This document shows positions 63,571 to 64,000 of a stretch of DNA of 64,000 nucleotides, piece after piece (the first letter of the stretch is position 1; every line of letters starts with the position of its first letter). The stretch covers positions 31,183 through 95,182 of the forward strand of contig JAZQHB010000008.1 in assembly GCA_045540355.1 (NCBI GenBank), in the 5' to 3' direction. Source of the stretch: Acutalibacteraceae bacterium (GTDB lineage: Bacteria > Bacillota > Clostridia > Oscillospirales > Acutalibacteraceae). Position numbers and translations under genes: made by a program. The notes beneath the pieces were generated by a model. The model ran no database searches, was not told where the DNA came from, and saw only the letters and a program-made list of their open reading frames with translations.

Positions 63571-64000
63571 ATGGAAAAGTTTTGCGACAGATGCGGTGTA
63601 TCATTGGCAGGCAAAGCCCACATTATGAGTATGGTAAATGAAGATGATATCTGTTTATCGTGCAAAGATGTGGAACAGCAGTTACCTATCTATGAGCAGG
63701 CAAGAGCCGTTGAGTTCAGAGAGGTAAAGGCAGGCAATTATAATTACGAAGGACTGGGCTTTGAAAAGCCCGACACTTCAAAGCGTTGCAATGTGACAAT
63801 TATTATTACAGAAGGAAAACTCCATATCGCATACGATTACGGAGAGCCGAAAGTAATGGATTTGTCGCCGGAATGGTTAATGGTACTCCGTAATCTCCGT
63901 CACAACGGAAGTATCGAGGTAAAGGATTTGCGTGGTGGTGCAGAAGACTTGTCTGTAAGCATTAAGCCTACCGCAGAAGCCGATACCGTTGATGCCTTGA
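63571..64000 (+). CDS. Zinc-ribbon-like protein, 3' end outside the window
   Basis: Own translation MEKFCDRCGVSLAGKAHIMSMVNEDDICLSCKDVEQQ...; SD ACGGAGGAAAA; no stop before 64000. Confidence 0.55.
   Translation, partial: MEKFCDRCGVSLAGKAHIMSMVNEDDICLSCKDVEQQLPIYEQARAVEFREVKAGNYNYEGLGFEKPDTSKRCNVTIIITEGKLHIAYDYGEPKVMDLSPEWLMVLRNLRHNGSIEVKDLRGGAEDLSVSIKPTAEADTVDAL

Noticed and set aside
1-64000. tRNA or rRNA genes, IS elements, integrases and prophage structural genes
   Set aside because: Intergenic regions were inspected by eye. No tRNA-like T-arm or acceptor pattern, transposase or recombinase motif, or capsid, tail or terminase-like ORF was recognised. A tRNAscan or ISfinder run would be needed to be certain.

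Overview
This 64-kb window looks like part of a large low-GC, Firmicutes/Clostridia-type conjugative plasmid. Evidence for that host type: strong GGAGG Shine-Dalgarno sites, lipoboxes, a sortase and Cna-B-type repeats. No rRNA, tRNA, CRISPR array, transposase, integrase or canonical relaxase was recognised by eye.

Layout:
- 1-3.2 kb: two partition systems back to back, parB-parA on the minus strand and a parM plus ParR-like gene on the plus strand.
- 3.3-9.3 kb and 19.3-26.7 kb: Gram-positive type IV secretion genes. These are a VirB6-like channel protein, a cysteine-peptidase cell-wall hydrolase, a PrgI/VirB3-like protein, VirB4 and a VirD4-type coupling protein.
- 9.7-19 kb: a minus-strand surface module with a sortase, lipoproteins and a roughly 900-aa adhesin with Cna-B repeats.
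- Scattered: a DNA-processing set made of a PRTase plus DprA pair, RNase HI, an S1-domain protein, a ComEC-type MBL protein, RecG and a RecD2-like helicase.
- 34.0-36.0 kb: an iteron-type replication origin (22-bp phased repeats) followed by a Rep gene.
- 36-64 kb: about 28 kb of mostly small plus-strand ORFs of unknown function. Recognisable members are an orphan DNA methyltransferase, an R-S-E ADP-ribosyltransferase-like protein, YopX, an HNH nuclease and an XRE regulator. This resembles a plasmid leading-region or anti-defence island.

The most unusual signals are non-coding:
1. At least nine sequence-related modules, each a sigma-A-type promoter, a 40-90-nt leader and a strong intrinsic terminator. 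They sit in front of most plus-strand operons.
2. A dispersed 10-N1-10 palindrome (AAAGTAACAA-N-TTGTTACTTT) present six times.
3. Seven 21-bp phased repeats between virB4 and the coupling-protein region.
4. A conserved 5' UTR element of about 120 nt shared by two unrelated genes.
5. A roughly 40-aa VirB4-derived segment inserted into the zinc ribbon of a membrane protein, one of a tandem paralogue pair.

All functional calls rest on motifs read by eye. No database search was possible.
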